Below, one piece after another: positions 24,556 to 37,607 of a stretch of DNA of 64,000 nt (its first letter is position 1; every line of letters starts with the position of its first letter). The notes beneath the pieces were generated by a model. It saw nothing but the letters and a program-made list of their open reading frames with translations, did not search any database and had not been told where the DNA came from. Position numbers and translations under genes: made by a program. The DNA is from Mobula birostris (taxonomy: Eukaryota), in contig NC_092400.1 of the NCBI RefSeq assembly GCF_030028105.1, positions 13,702,001-13,766,000 on the forward strand, given 5' to 3'.

Positions 24556-25942
24556 GTACATATACATATTCTAGTAATAGCCCGATATTCCATTTTTCAT
24601 TATCGATTGTTACATAAGAACATAATATGTGCTGCATTTCTTGTGAAAATGCACAATTATTTCTGTTGGTCAGAAATAAATTAACCAAGTTTAAAAAATA
24701 TACAAATTAGGTTGGATTGGGTTGAGCAGATGAACACTGAGCTCCATATTGACTAGTTATGTTTAAACTTCATATTGCCCTGAATTCAATGGTGCAATTT
24801 AATATCAGAGAATGTATACAGTGTACAATGTGAAATTCTTATTCTTTGCAGATATCCACAGAACAGTAAAACCCCCAAAGAATGAACGACAGAAAACATA
24901 AGTACACCAAAGCCCCCTCCCCCTCACCCTCCCCTCCCACACACAAGCAGCAGCAAAAGCATTGACTCTTCCCCTCCCTCAACTTGCCCCAGTGAAAGCA
25001 CTGATCCCCCTCCCCACAATATGCAAGCAATAGCAACAACCTCCAAAGAGACTTTGATCTAGAGCCCATCAAAAAACTACAGTCCATCCCAACACTTCGG
25101 CATCTCAGACAGGCTGTCTCTCACCAGCAAGGGAGAGAGAGATCACTCCTGCAACAACGAGAGCGGGAGACCAGCCACTCGCTGTTTCGATGCTGCAATC
25201 TTCCATGTTGCTTCTCTGAGTCCCCCGACTTGAGGACCGACAGGCTCTCACTCACCATCAAAAAGAGAGAGAGAGAGAGAGAGGATCACTCAACTACCAG
25301 GGCCCTCTTCTGAACAGCAGCACACACCGCCTGCTGTCTCGATGTTTCACTCCCCCATGACGCTTCAGTCGGCGATATTGGTGAGGAAGTGGGTCGTCCA
25401 CGGGGCTACACCCTAAGGTGCAAGTCTTCCAGGCCACTCCTGGAGATATTGAAATGCCAGGCCACAGGGTGCTCATGGAGAACGGTACTGTGAGCTGCAG
25501 CTGTAGATCAAGGGTTCCAACAGCACCCCAGCCACGTTGAAAAGAAATGAAAGATACGATGAAAGAAGAATAGGCTGTTTTGCGGATGAACTGGAAGAAG
25601 TCACCTAGGTCTGCAAAAACATCTGACACCATTTTTTCTAGTACAAATATTGGTGAATGGAGGATGATTCAAGATCCCTGTTCCTGGTTGTGATTTGTTA
25701 ATTACTGTAATGCTCCCTGTGGTTTAATAACACCTGATACAAAAACTAAAGTCTCATAAGTCATGACCTAATTAGGTCTTAAAAGAAAATTATTGTTTAT
25801 GACTAAGAGAGGAAGCAAAATTATCACAAAAAGGACACAAAAGTGTGCAAATGTACAGCATAACATAAATTCTAAACAATGGTGATAAGTCCTGCAACTC
25901 AATGTATTTCTATATTATGTCTTCACCAAATAAATGTTAATA

Positions 25943-26096
25943 CAGGTCGACCTTCACTAATCCGACTACCTGTAATCCGGTTCCTTCGCTAATCCAGCAC
26001 CGATTATGCTTAATGTGATTCTTCTGTAATTCGGCAATTTCACTAATCTGGCACTCCTCAGGTCCCAATGGTGCTGGATTAGTGAAGGTCGACCTG
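25943..26096. mobile_element. Tc1/mariner-pogo (Tigger-like) MITE
   Basis: TA-CAGGTCGACCTTCACTAATCC ... GGATTAGTGAAGGTCGACCTG-TA: perfect 21-bp TIRs with TA TSD; internal subrepeats of the TIR. Confidence 0.85.
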
Positions 26097-26859
26097 TATC
26101 TACAATCCTGAAAAAGAAAGAAGAACATGTTCAAAAGTTGTAGACTTGAAACAAAATAGAATGTGCCAGAAATATGACAAAATCTTTTGTGGCTAGGCTT
26201 AGAATAAAACAGAGGCAAATAGTAATCAAACACAACAAATTAAGTACTAAGCCAATTAACAAATAGTATTTAATATTCTGCATTTGGCAAAGAACCAACC
26301 AAACCAGCAAAAACAAAGATAGGTACCATTCTGGAAAGGTTTAGGATATACCCATGTTCATTGAATTCTTGTCTCAATAAGGTAACAAAGCAAACTACCA
26401 TCCTTTGTACACGTAAATATTTTTATCAATATTCCAATACTCCTTAAGTACATGCATAATTCTTCACAAATGAACATACCTTAGATCTTTAATCATGTGC
26501 GTTCCAAAAGTCAGTGGTCATGGTAAGCAAGAAAATAAACACTTGTCTTAATTTCTATCTCTGACAATATGACAGCAAATTAAGAACTATGGGATGACTG
26601 ACATTATTTTAAATTTGTTTATGAGAATCAAATTTGATTGTTTAATTTACTGTAGATATATCAATCAGCAAAATTGCATATTATCTACATTCTATCCACT
26701 AGGGATTTTCCAGTTAATTTATAAAATAAGTATTTAGTATTAATTGCTGGTAGTAGATTACAATTAATTTCTAGATTTAATAGTAAGTCCTCTTTTTCTG
26801 TGAGGATTGATTTATATTGTTGCTAGAATCTGATATTTCATCTATATGACATATTTCAG

Positions 26860-26931
26860 CGTAAGTTCAAAACTGAAACAGAGATTGAAAACTGGATCCA
26901 GAAATATGATGCTGACATGCAAGAAAAGCAG
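26860..26931 (+). CDS. IQCD: IQCD coding exon 3 (not in the ORF track)
   Basis: ttcag|RKFKTETEIENWIQKYDADMQEKQ|gtatga matches the DRC10 motif ETEIENWIQKYD. Confidence 0.92.
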
Positions 26932-27074
26932 GTATGATTCCTAAGAACTGTTCTTATTTATCTTTGTACGGAAATTGTGAAGCTTCAAGGGAATTGGGCT
27001 GAATAATAAATGCCAGGCTTGCCAGCAATGCCTACGATCCGTAATCTTTTTTTTAGTTGGGAGCACTAAATTGA

Positions 27075-27810
27075 GTTATAGAGTCATACAGCATGGAACT
27101 AGGATGCCTGTCTAACTCATCATCTTAACTGTGTTTGGCTTACATCCCTTCAAATGTGCCTCAGCCAGGAACCTATTCAAATATCTTTTAAACATTTTCA
27201 TTGTACCCACCTTTGCCACTTCCTCCGGCATCTTGTTCCATATACCCATCCCCTGCTGTGTGAAAAAGGTGCTCCTTCAGGTCTGTCTTAATTTTTTTTC
27301 GCACTCAGCTTAAATAGCTTTAGACTGCCCTATGATGGAGAAAAAAGGACTGCAACCATCCATCTTTTCAATGCTCCTCATGAATTTATAATCCTCTAAT
27401 AACATCACCTCTCAGATGCCTCCATTCCAGGGGAAGCAGTCCCAGCCTGTACACTTTACTTACAGTTCAAGCCCTTCAGTTCAATCTTCTAGTGAAACTT
27501 CTCTGCACCCTATCTAGCTTAGTCACATCCTTCTTATAATAAGGTAACCATAAGTGCATGCAATATTTCCCTGTAGTTTCGTCAACATCTTATTCAACTG
27601 TAACATGATGTCCCAACTCTAATACTTATTGATAAAGGTGGGCAAATCATAAGCTTCTTCACCACCCTAACTATGTTGCCATTTTTAGACAACTATGTAT
27701 TTGTACCTGGAATCTCTCAGTTCTGAAGCATATCTCAGGACCCTGTCAGTCACTCTGTATGTTCTAGGTTGATTCAATTTCGAAAAACGTATTACTTCAC
27801 ATTTTGAGTT
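27075..27810 (-). mobile_element. Decayed CR1 3' fragment
   Basis: Reverse complement of CR1 3' ORF/UTR sequence ('ctctgcaccct', 'ttgttccatataccc', 'ctgtgtgaaaaag'). Confidence 0.65.
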
Positions 27811-27876
27811 CAAAATGCAACATTAAGTCAACATAATTTAATTTTAAAGATAGGTTGTGATGTGCTGCTATTACAG

Positions 27877-28085
27877 ATGGAACATAGATCTTTACTGAGA
27901 GGGGGATCCAGTTCCAGCACTGGAAATATAAGATAAAATCATTCAAATTGGAATATATTCAGATTGTAGAAGACAGAAAAAGAAAAGCAGAGGAAAAGAC
28001 AGCCAGAGTGGAGTAAAAATACCAGCTAGACAAAGTAGATGTTACCGCCCAGCCATTCTGGAAAGGTTACAAAGTCCATCAATCA
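27877..28085 (+). pseudogene. Decayed duplicate of the IQCD last coding exon (pseudo-exon)
   Basis: LEYIQIVEDRKRKAEEKTARVE*KYQLDKVDVTAQPFWKGYKVHQ aligns without gaps to LEYIQIVEDRKRKAEEKAAKDEQIYLMGRAAVMIQAFWKGYKVRQ; TAA at 28014-28016. Confidence 0.85.
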
Positions 28086-28746
28086 AAATCAATCAGTGAT
28101 CAGCCTTGAATGTTTTTTTAAAAAAAGCAAAACAATAGGCATTTGGAATTTTGTTTTGGCAGTTCTCTCACTATACTCAATTCTGGTAAATGCTGGATAG
28201 TAGGAATTTTGCAATACTCACAACACGCTGAGTTCCTCCACCGTGTTGTGAGTGTTGCTTTGACCCCAGCATCTACAGAGTATTTTGTGTTTAGTAGGAA
28301 TTTTCACTGTCCTTGCATGAATATCCTTAAAGCATTTATCCTTTGATGAACCTCTGCCATAACAGGAAATACTGAAATGCTAAGTTTGTCAGCGAAACAA
28401 ATTAATATGATGCGGACCTTGGGGAAACATTTTCAAAATCACGTTCCTCTGAAAACCTTATATTACAGAAGGAATGGTAGAGAGATTGATCCATTTTTAT
28501 ATGAAAATTGGTGAGATATCCATTAAAGATCTGATAATCAAAATGAACCAGAGTTTAAGTTTGAAACTTACAAGGACTCATAGAGGACATTTCTTAAAGA
28601 TAGTTCAAGAGATTGTAACCAGAGGAAAATAATCACATAAAATGTCAATATATTGTAAAGTATTTTATTTAGAAAACAAATCAATGTTGAATGCAATATT
28701 AATAATGAATGGGTTATCAAAATGTATTAAAATTATGTCCTACCAG

Positions 28747-29031
28747 GATGAATATGAGCAGCTTGTTAAAATCAACAAAGATGAAGGTGTTCTGCTCTTT
28801 GAGTTAGAACAAAAGATTGAATTACTTGAGTTGGAATATATTCAGATTGTAGAAGACAGAAAGAGAAAAGCAGAGGAAAAGGCGGCAAAAGATGAGCAAA
28901 TATACCTCATGGGAAGAGCAGCTGTTATGATCCAGGCATTCTGGAAAGGTTACAAAGTCCGCCAATTGATGAAATCATTAAAGAAGAAAAAGAAAAAGAA
29001 AAAGGGGAAAGGAAAAAAGAAGAAGAGCTGA
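28747..29031 (+). CDS. IQCD: IQCD last coding exon (IQ motif and lysine-rich tail)
   Basis: ccag|DEYEQL...AAVMIQAFWKGYKVRQLMK...KKKKGKGKKKKS*. The spliced total is 439 aa. Confidence 0.92.
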   Translation, partial: DEYEQLVKINKDEGVLLFELEQKIELLELEYIQIVEDRKRKAEEKAAKDEQIYLMGRAAVMIQAFWKGYKVRQLMKSLKKKKKKKKGKGKKKKS

Positions 29032-29140
29032 TGGAGAGAGAAAGTAAATAAATATAACATCCATCTTCCAAAAATGTTTTGCAAATCATTGATGTTTTCT
29101 TCACTAATGCTGTTTACACAGACATCTTCTATTTTACAAA

Positions 29141-29152
29141 AATAAAAATAAA
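29141..29152 (+). terminator. Tandem AATAAA polyadenylation signals of IQCD
   Basis: aataaaaataaa about 110 nt after the stop codon. Confidence 0.6.
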
Positions 29153-29754
29153 CTCTTAACCTTGTGGTCTCAGTGTACAAGTGTGTATATGTAACACACA
29201 ATGGGCTGAAATATACTCAGAAAAATGTAGAACACTGATAGCACTCAGTAGCCCAAGCAATTTTGAAAGTGTAAGTTGACATAAAAGACCCTATGTCAGA
29301 ACTACATCTTCTGTCTCCACAGACGTTGGTTGACATGCTGTTCTTCTAGGATTTTTTTTTTCCAGATTCCAGCATCTAGAGTCTTTTTGTTTCCTCAAAT
29401 GATACTCAGCCATAAACGTTGATGTTTTCATTGGAGAGCAACTCGCCTCTACCTCAGATTTCTTTACCTAGAGATCAAGGATCTGGGGATCCAGAGCCTT
29501 TGCTGAGCTCCTAGACCACCATTAGATTCATGACCGTGTTCGGGAGCAGAGCACAAACATGCAAAGTTGTGGGACTGAATGTACTTTGCAACAGGCCAAA
29601 TAAAGCATCATGAAGTAAATCATAGTGTAGTCCTTAATCAAATGGTAGCTTTTCCTTCCAATTAGCTACTTTATTTTTAATTAACCACCACCATGTTAGA
29701 GAAAAGCAATTACATATTACCGTTCCACCCAATAGTATTTTGGCAAGTAAAGGG

Positions 29755-30042
29755 TACCACAGTCACATAGTGGTTTGCAGGGCACCATTACAGCTTGGGA
29801 TGTTCTGGAGTTCAGAGTTCAATTCCAATGCCACTCCATTAGAAGTCTCTGTACATCCTCTTCATGGAATGCATGGGTTTTCCCTGGGTGCTCCGGTTTC
29901 CTCCCACAGTCCAAATACATATCAGATAGGTTCATTGGTTATTCTAAATTGTCTGTGATTAGGTTAGGATTAATCATGGTTGTGGAGTTGCTGGGGCCTG
30001 AAGGGCTGGAAGGTCCTACTCCATGCTGTATCGTTAAATAAA
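29755..30042 (+). mobile_element. tRNA-derived V-SINE-like element
   Basis: 'gggttttccctgggtgctccggtttcctcccacagtccaaa' V-domain-like core; related copies near 52700 and at 53790-54060 (minus). Confidence 0.6.
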
Positions 30043-32433
30043 TGTTTTCTTAGACAGTCATCACAGGTTTTTAATAGCTACATTATTTTAATTTGGCAAA
30101 TACTGACATTGAAAGATCAACATAAGCTCTGAGAAATGAAGCAGGGAAATAAACCATTTAAAATTATAAATTATATGCCAGTCGTGTACAAGAGCTGGGC
30201 CTATGCAAAGCTTCAGCAAGAAATCCAAGTTCCCAGACTTAATTTTTTTTTTTGTAAGTGAGCCCACCACCAATCTATTGGGCAGTGAACCCCATGTCAG
30301 TGAGGTACCCGTCTTCGTACCAAGCCATGATCTGGTTTCTACAACAGTCCATGGACACACCTAGATTTCTCAGCCAGAAAATCGTTCTGTAAATATAGAT
30401 GGATTAAAGGTGAACAGAATGCAAGTCGGGTGATTTGCTGTCATTTTTTTAAATGACGACTGGTTTAAGGGGTTAAAGGGCTTCTATTTTTTCTATGTTC
30501 TTAAAGAGTTAACAAAATGACTTCAGTATATGCACAGATTTTTTGGCTTGTAAACGCAAGATGATAATGAATATAATACACCAAACAAAAAATGATTTTA
30601 AAAGTGTCTCAGTTTATTGTGTTAATATGTTAGATTACTTCTGTCAATAGCTCATGATGAGAAATTTAATTCTTAATCATATATATGACATTGAGCACAA
30701 GTATGAATTCCATTTGATTAAAATAGGCAAATAGCAAAAAATTCATAATTACAAATACTTGAATAGTAGTAAAAGGTAACATTATACTGTAGCTCCATTA
30801 TAAAAAATACAGGTAGGCTACAAACATTGAATATGATTTAAAAGAATAAAGTTACAATTTAACTTTGAACTTTAACTTTTTCCTTGGGTCAATCTTCCAA
30901 AATGTGTAATTAATGAACCAAGAAAACTTAGCAAATATATGCAATAAGGCCCTTTAACAGTACTCTGATAAATATCAACCACAAGAATTACACACCATTC
31001 TTATTTGCACAAGACCTTGGCTTTAATGTCTTTTTTAAAGTAATTCATCACTGAAAATGCAGTTTTTCCTTCAGAACTGTGATGAAGTCTCAGCTTTAAT
31101 TATAAGCTCCGTTCTGCACCAGAGACTAATACTTTTCTCATAGGCAGAAGAACCTTTGAAAAAACATAACTATAAATTGATATGCTAAGAAAATTAAGCA
31201 AGGGCTTGTCTCTTTATTTAGGACAATCCCAACCAGTCTTAGTTCCCCACGGTATGACTGCTAGACAGCACTTACCCTACACTGCATTATGGTAAAATGT
31301 TAAGATTTAATTTGGCTTTGGAGTTCTTCCATCCAGAACTTGCAGACTGGAATCTGCTCTAAGTGTACCAGTGCAACCTGGGTTTTGACAGGACATTCCA
31401 CAATGAAAATCCATCATATGGGCACAGTTGGTATGTTCTTCTAACATGTCTAGATCTTTTAACACAACTCTGGACAGGCTCAGGCAAAACTGTATCAGAA
31501 TGATTATTTGATATCTTATTTAGATAGTGTAAACCTGATTTTAGACATCACAGCTAGATTAACCTCCACTCCACATCTGTCTTGTCAAACCTTTTTAAAA
31601 ATGTTAACTTCATATCAAACATTAATAGGCTAACACTCCAGAAGATCCAAGCCCATTCCTACTCCTCTGCCCTTTCCCTATAATCCTTAATTCTCTTACT
31701 GATTACAAGTCTATCTCAGCTTTAAATATACACAAGAATTTAGCTTCAACAGCGTTGTAGGGCAGTTCACACAGCTATCCTTATCAAAGTTTTAAATGGA
31801 TGCTGTTTTATTCTGAGGGCGTGCCTTGTGGTTCTAGCCTCCTGGTGAACCTCCTCATAACTGCCTTCAGTTCATAGTACTCTAGACATGAACCCACCAC
31901 CGTCTTGTATGAATTTTCTACTTTTATATAGCAACCTCCTAAAAGAATGTATGCATTTTTAAAGCTTTATTATCACCTGTACCTATATCATTAGCTTTAC
32001 TTCGCAAATGCAAAATCCCTTTATGTTGCTCACTTTTCCTTCCGAAGTAATCTTGCTCAATCAGACTCTACTTGGCATCTTTTTCCCTGTTTAGAGGGAA
32101 GGAATTTTTCTCCCAGAGGTTGGTTGGAATTTAATCCATATATAGAATACTGTGAACTAGTCAGACTTCGACTTTCACATTTACGTGCACAAGAAAGCCG
32201 AAGCTGCTCTTAGTTATGAAAAGTAGTTTTGGTGAGCACCATCTGTTTAACTTACACACTAAGGCAACAACTCCTAGCTTTCCATTATTAAGAAATTTTT
32301 TGAATTTGTTTTGGTTTGGATTTAAGTCGATACTCGGTATTTTCTTGGATTTTAAGGATCTGAAAATATAGTTCCCTTCCAACTCCAAAACAGCTTAAAA
32401 ACATCTGCTCCAGCTTCCAAAAGCAAAACAGCC

Positions 32434-33001
32434 TTAGTATTTCCAGGGTGGGTTCAACTTGGCAGAACTTGGCTTGAGTCGATTGGCTGCAGCAGAATTT
32501 GACAAACTATCTGACCTTGGTCTAAAGCAATGCTGTGAGCCTGTGAATCCAGCAGAAACTGAAATTGGTCTACCCTGTAACTGTTTTACAATCCTGGGAC
32601 CATTCTGTATTGAATCTTCTTTCACAGTCTCTCCTATAGAACTGTGCACCTCAGTCAAAGACTGTGACCTTCTTCGAAATGGGGTTCCATTAGGGCAGGC
32701 ATTATTACTATCTGGCCGCTTCCAGTAATCAGTTTTGCCTTTATATTCAGTAGTAAAGTCAGTAGAAGTTTCCTTAGTGGTTGGACAAAATGGTTTCATC
32801 GGATTTCTTTTGGCGGATGGTAATTGGTTGCTGACGGAATGAAATACATTTGAACTAATTTTGTGCAGCGAAGGAGACCACAGAAGTGGACGGATCTTTA
32901 TTTTGTCATCCTTTGCAGTCCATGGTGCCTCCCAGCTTGCAGCATTTTGCCTTGGGCCAAAAAGAGACTCATCGCAATAGCTGGGTTTACAGCACTTTAA
33001 C
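32434..33001 (-). CDS. RITA1: RBPJ-interacting and tubulin-associated protein 1, last coding exon
   Basis: ttaacttag|G then LKCCKPSYCDESLFG...WEAPW...RPLLWSP...KLNPPWKY*; matches RITA motifs PSYCDESLFG, LLW(T/S)P and C-terminal PPWK. Confidence 0.92.
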
Positions 33002-34599
33002 CTAAGTTAAAGAAGGAAATGAAAAGAATGACTATAATGCTAAATACAAAATAAATTGATTACTTTTTAAAAAAAATATACTCCACAATACTACTTATGC
33101 TTGGGTCAAATTTAAATGGAATATATTATTGTATCTTTACAATTTGCAATTAATCATGCAACACTGAACTAATTTCAAAGTCAGTATTTCTTCCTGTATT
33201 ATGAAGCAAGTTCCACTCTTTCTAATTAAAGAGAATTCTCTACAAGATTATTGCTTCAGATCATCTAAAAGCTTGCCAGAACCATTAACAACACAAGGAC
33301 TGTGTTAATGAACTGCATAATGTAGCAAGACTGCTCAGTGTGACTCCCCTCAGACATTATAATCTATTGCTACGATAAATCAAAGAACTCAGTATAAGTG
33401 GAGTTCATATGGTTAAATTAGCAGAATTCACTGCTGATACACACATGCAGCTATTCACTATGACAGGCACATCATATTACACATCATCCTTGGACAGGGT
33501 CCTTTTTTGGCAGGAGGCAGTGGGAAAGGGTAGGAGACTGGAAAAATCAATTAATGGAGTCATACTTGAATCACATGATGTACAAATCACCACAGCATGC
33601 AGTACGGCAAAACTACCAATTTGTTAATGTAAAGATTAAATTTTAATCCAAGAAGTAAGTAAAAATGTTATTCTATTTTCTCCACTGCTTATGCTTTTAT
33701 AATTACAAAATGCATTGAGAGGACCTAAATGTGACCAGAAAATAAGTTATTCAATTAATCTATAGTTATCTCACCATCTCACAGTTAAGGTGCACACCCA
33801 AACTTACTGCTCACATACACTAGCCACGTTACAACCATGACAGCCACATACATTGCGTGACACTTATTGACTGAATTTATTTATTTGGAGAAGATGTGGA
33901 TAACAGGAAGCCACAGTTAAAAACTAGGAAAACAAGCCATTCTTAGAAGACTGTGGAGGCCATTAAAGAAAGGATAATCAATTTATTTTGCAAGCATTTC
34001 AGCATGCTTCAGTTTATAAATTTGAACTGTAATTTGCATTTGCTGGTGACTTTTGAGTTTGCATTATTGCTCAGAGCACAGCGATGGTCAATGTGAAATG
34101 GTAAGGGATGTGAGACTTTTGATGAAAGGGGCACAGTGGTTGATGTTCCTCGTTTTGCCCACAGATAGTCACACAGAATCACAGAACTACAGACAGCAGT
34201 GTTGTTTTCTCTTCCTTTTACTCCAGTTCCTGTTCTATATGCTTCTTCTTGCTGAACTTCTCACCCATGGGTACCAGACAACGTACTGTTGCATGTTTTG
34301 AATCGGAACAAAATATTGGAAATACTGAGCAGATCCTTGGAGAGAAAAAGAGAGGATGTATGTGTAACATCTATCTGAAGCAATAACTATTATTTTAACT
34401 CAGATTTCCAGCATTTACACCATTTTACTTCAGCTTAGTGAGGACACCACCAATTAGCTAAAGCTTTGTTTTAAGAATGTTAACTGATATGTTCTATATT
34501 GTTTCTCCTAGCAGCATGGTTTTTATTGTAGACCTACTGTACGTGTATATATGTGCATGGATTATTGAATGGGGTCATATACCCTGTTAATTACCCTGT

Positions 34600-35415
34600 C
34601 CCAATATTGTGCGCATGTGCCAGTCGTGCATGCAGCCTGGTACAGCCGTTCCGACCTATTCTTACCTTCTTCTTCTTACTTTTCAATTTACGTTATTCTT
34701 TGTATTTTTTTTCTCACGGTAACACGTTGAAGCTGCACCCTCTCTAACATGCTGGTAGAGAGAGTTTTATTTGGGTTTTTTTTAGCGCTGGAAATGGTTA
34801 CATCCTGACACGCGGGACAGAAGCAAGGTCGCATTGTGTATTCCAAGGACCAGCCAACGCCGGCCGGTTTAGCGGGCAGAGCAGCGGACAGCCCTGCTGA
34901 AATTCAGAGGAAAACACACAGAGGATGCAGAAGGGGATCACAAAGTCGAGGAAAGAGGACCAGGTCAAGACAACAGAGACTTATGGAGAAGAGGAGTTCG
35001 GTGGGTAATACCGTTCCGGCTGACTGGAAGTGCACTGAGAGCGGTAAGCGTAAAGGAGTTGGGTGCTTACTGATCTGGTTAACAACAGATGGTGCAATCC
35101 GGGGCATATTACGATCGAGGAACGTGCTTGCAGACTGGATATTGAACTTTTTACTGTTGGACTTCGGCCACATTCCACCGTGATACAACACTTGGCGGCA
35201 CGGGAGGTCGTTCCTGCCTGTGGCCATCGAACGTGCAGCTCCTCCGTGGAGGGTCAGACACCCTGAGCCAATAGACTGGTCCTGAACTTATTTTCCATCT
35301 GGCATAGTTTGCATTTTGTCATTTGATTGTTGGTGGTTCTGTATTGCTATATTTACGCTCTGTTCTTGGTTGGTGCAGCTGTAACAAAACCAAATTTCCC
35401 TCGGGATTAATCTAT
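34600..35415 (+). mobile_element. Internally deleted Rex1-like LINE (5' end joined to 3' end)
   Basis: The 5' part encodes RKTHRGCRRG...RQQRLMEKR. The 3' part ('cctgtggccatc', 'caaatttccctcgggattaa') matches the 3' end of the element at 49400-50270. Confidence 0.55.
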
Positions 35416-35654
35416 CTAAAAGTGAATAACCTTTGTAACAGTTGCCACATTTGACATGCCATTTTGTTTCAAAGCAACAGGCAACTATCATTGAATAAAG
35501 GAAGTGTGTTACCGTCAGAGTTACAGATGTTCACTTGCAATGATGCATTGTACATTGGCTAAAAACTCCAGTTGGTTTTAGTTCAGGAAAATGGCAGGTA
35601 TCACTCAAGATGAACAAAAGGTATGATTAACCCGCAGTTTATAGAACTCTGCAT

Positions 35655-36030
35655 TTTTGGGTGGCAAGCTGGAGATACGTTTCTACCAAAGGAGGTGTGA
35701 GGCGGTCCTTCCCTCCACTAGCCTGCAGGTTACCCTTGGTCAAGGTGTAGCACCTGCTCAGCCCCCACGTTCAGGGTCACATAAAGCCATGGGAGTAGAT
35801 GGTGGATGGCCACATGAGCACCTGATGCATATCTCAAGTCCTAGCTGTGTGTCTACTGACACCAGGCAGACAATCTCTGAAGAGTATTGATAATGGCTAG
35901 GATCATGTAAAGACACTGCCCAGAAGAAGGGAAAGGCAAACCACTTAAGAAGAAAAGTTTTCCAGGAACAATCATGGTCAGGACTATGATCGTCCCAAGT
36001 CATATTACACAGCACAGAACGAATGAATTA
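35655..36030 (+). mobile_element. RTE-related short repeat
   Basis: 'aagacactgcccagaagaagg..aaggcaaaccactt' is shared with 55410-55650 and resembles RTE/BovB-type ends. Confidence 0.45.
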
Positions 36031-36550
36031 ATTTTTTTATAACATCAGTCTACCAGCTCCAGAATCTATTGGCAATTGTTCGATGCTTATGCTTGAACTA
36101 CTAAACAAGATAGTGCCGACCACTGTTTCTATCTGGGAATTCTGGATCTTTTAGAGGCCAATTGCTATCTTAAACAAAATACATGGTATATCTGATCTTT
36201 CCTCCAACTGATGTCAAGAATAGAAACAGTCATTCGGCAAGGAAATGGGATCCTCAACCTAATAAGTCTAAGTGAACCACCAAAGACACCTTTAAACTAA
36301 TTTTTTTTTGTACTTCCTCCTTATTCCCATCCACTCACCTACACACAATTTGCAATTAGACTTTACTCAGTTCTACAGATCCATTTTGTGATCTGGAATA
36401 ATCTCTGATTCACAAAGTATATTGGGTTACTGCATAAATAAGGATGTGCTTGCACTCTTTAAGTGAACTTATTTTTAAGTCATTCACACATAATCTATTA
36501 TGCAACATCAAGTATAACACAAGAATTCAATAATATTCGCCCAACATTAC

Positions 36551-36849
36551 CTATATTTGTTCTTTTTCATTGGTGAACCTCCAGACTTGAGGGGGACTGG
36601 AACCTGGCTGATATCTCCTTCTGCCCTTGTGCTTACACTTGGACTCCACAGTAATGGTTGTTGAGAACCAGATTGGGACGTAGAAGCCCATGGTGGATCA
36701 AATTCATCCACTGAATTCTGAAGCTTGCTAGACTGACCAAATAATGTTTCATCCACATAAGAGGCCTTTGCTCCAACTCTGTATCGGCTCCGCCCCTTAC
36801 GACTTGCACGACAGGGCTGAACAGCAGTAATTGCTATATCAGCCGACAT
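36551..36849 (-). CDS. RITA1: RITA1 first coding exon
   Basis: MSADIAITAVQP...YRVGAKASYVDETLFG...FDPPW...KKNKY(R) then donor gtaatg (phase 2). An upstream acceptor tctttag puts the exon start at 36911. The spliced protein is 288 aa. Confidence 0.93.
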
Positions 36850-37512
36850 GACAAGAGCTCAAGATAGATTGCTGAGTGTCGATTAGTCTTTGCCAGTCTG
36901 GTGAAGTCACTCTAAAGACAAAAATATACAAGTTATTTTTCTTTTCAAAAGAAGCTGTCTAATCTTGAATTTCCTTGAATTTTTTATCTACTCTATATTC
37001 AGCACATGTAGAATCTATCATCCCTCAAGCTCACTGAACTCGCTCAACTGCCAACAATATGTTTATTCCTCCTATGCCCTACAAAACTCTAATAACACTT
37101 GTATTATACTGTTCCTTTTGGAGCAATACTTATCCAAACTGACTTATACCGAAATAGGGAATTTCCTGTCGGCCAACTGACTTTTCCTAGTTCTCCTTGC
37201 ACCAGGCACAATGGTCTTCCTTGTGATAGTTGGTCTCCCCAGAATTCTTGCTTGTTAGTCTGATTCCTCCCTCTATCTCCGAAAACCTTCATTATTATAC
37301 CTTTCATTTATCAGTTTTGCAATGTTCTCATTTATTTTGTTGGCTCTGATTTATTGGGACATCCTATGTCCATTTCATAAACCCTGGTCGAAGACTACAG
37401 TGGCACCCCTCGGCAATTATCTAATGTTAATTTGTTATTTACTGCTGAATCAGGCCATTTCAAACTATCAGTCTTGATGAAGGATCGCAGCTCGAAATGT
37501 TGACCGTTTACT

Positions 37513-37607
37513 CTAGACTGACCAAATAATGTTTCATCCACATAAGAGGCCTTGCTCCTACTCTGTATTGGTTGCACCCCATGACAGGGCTGAACAGCAG
37601 TAATTGC
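37513..37607 (-). other. Copy of RITA1 coding sequence 36728-36834 inserted into a Penelope-derived repeat
   Basis: ctagactgaccaaataatgtttcatccacataagaggcc...gacagggctgaacagcagtaattgc is shared with the exon; 1-nt and 11-nt deletions. Confidence 0.9.
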
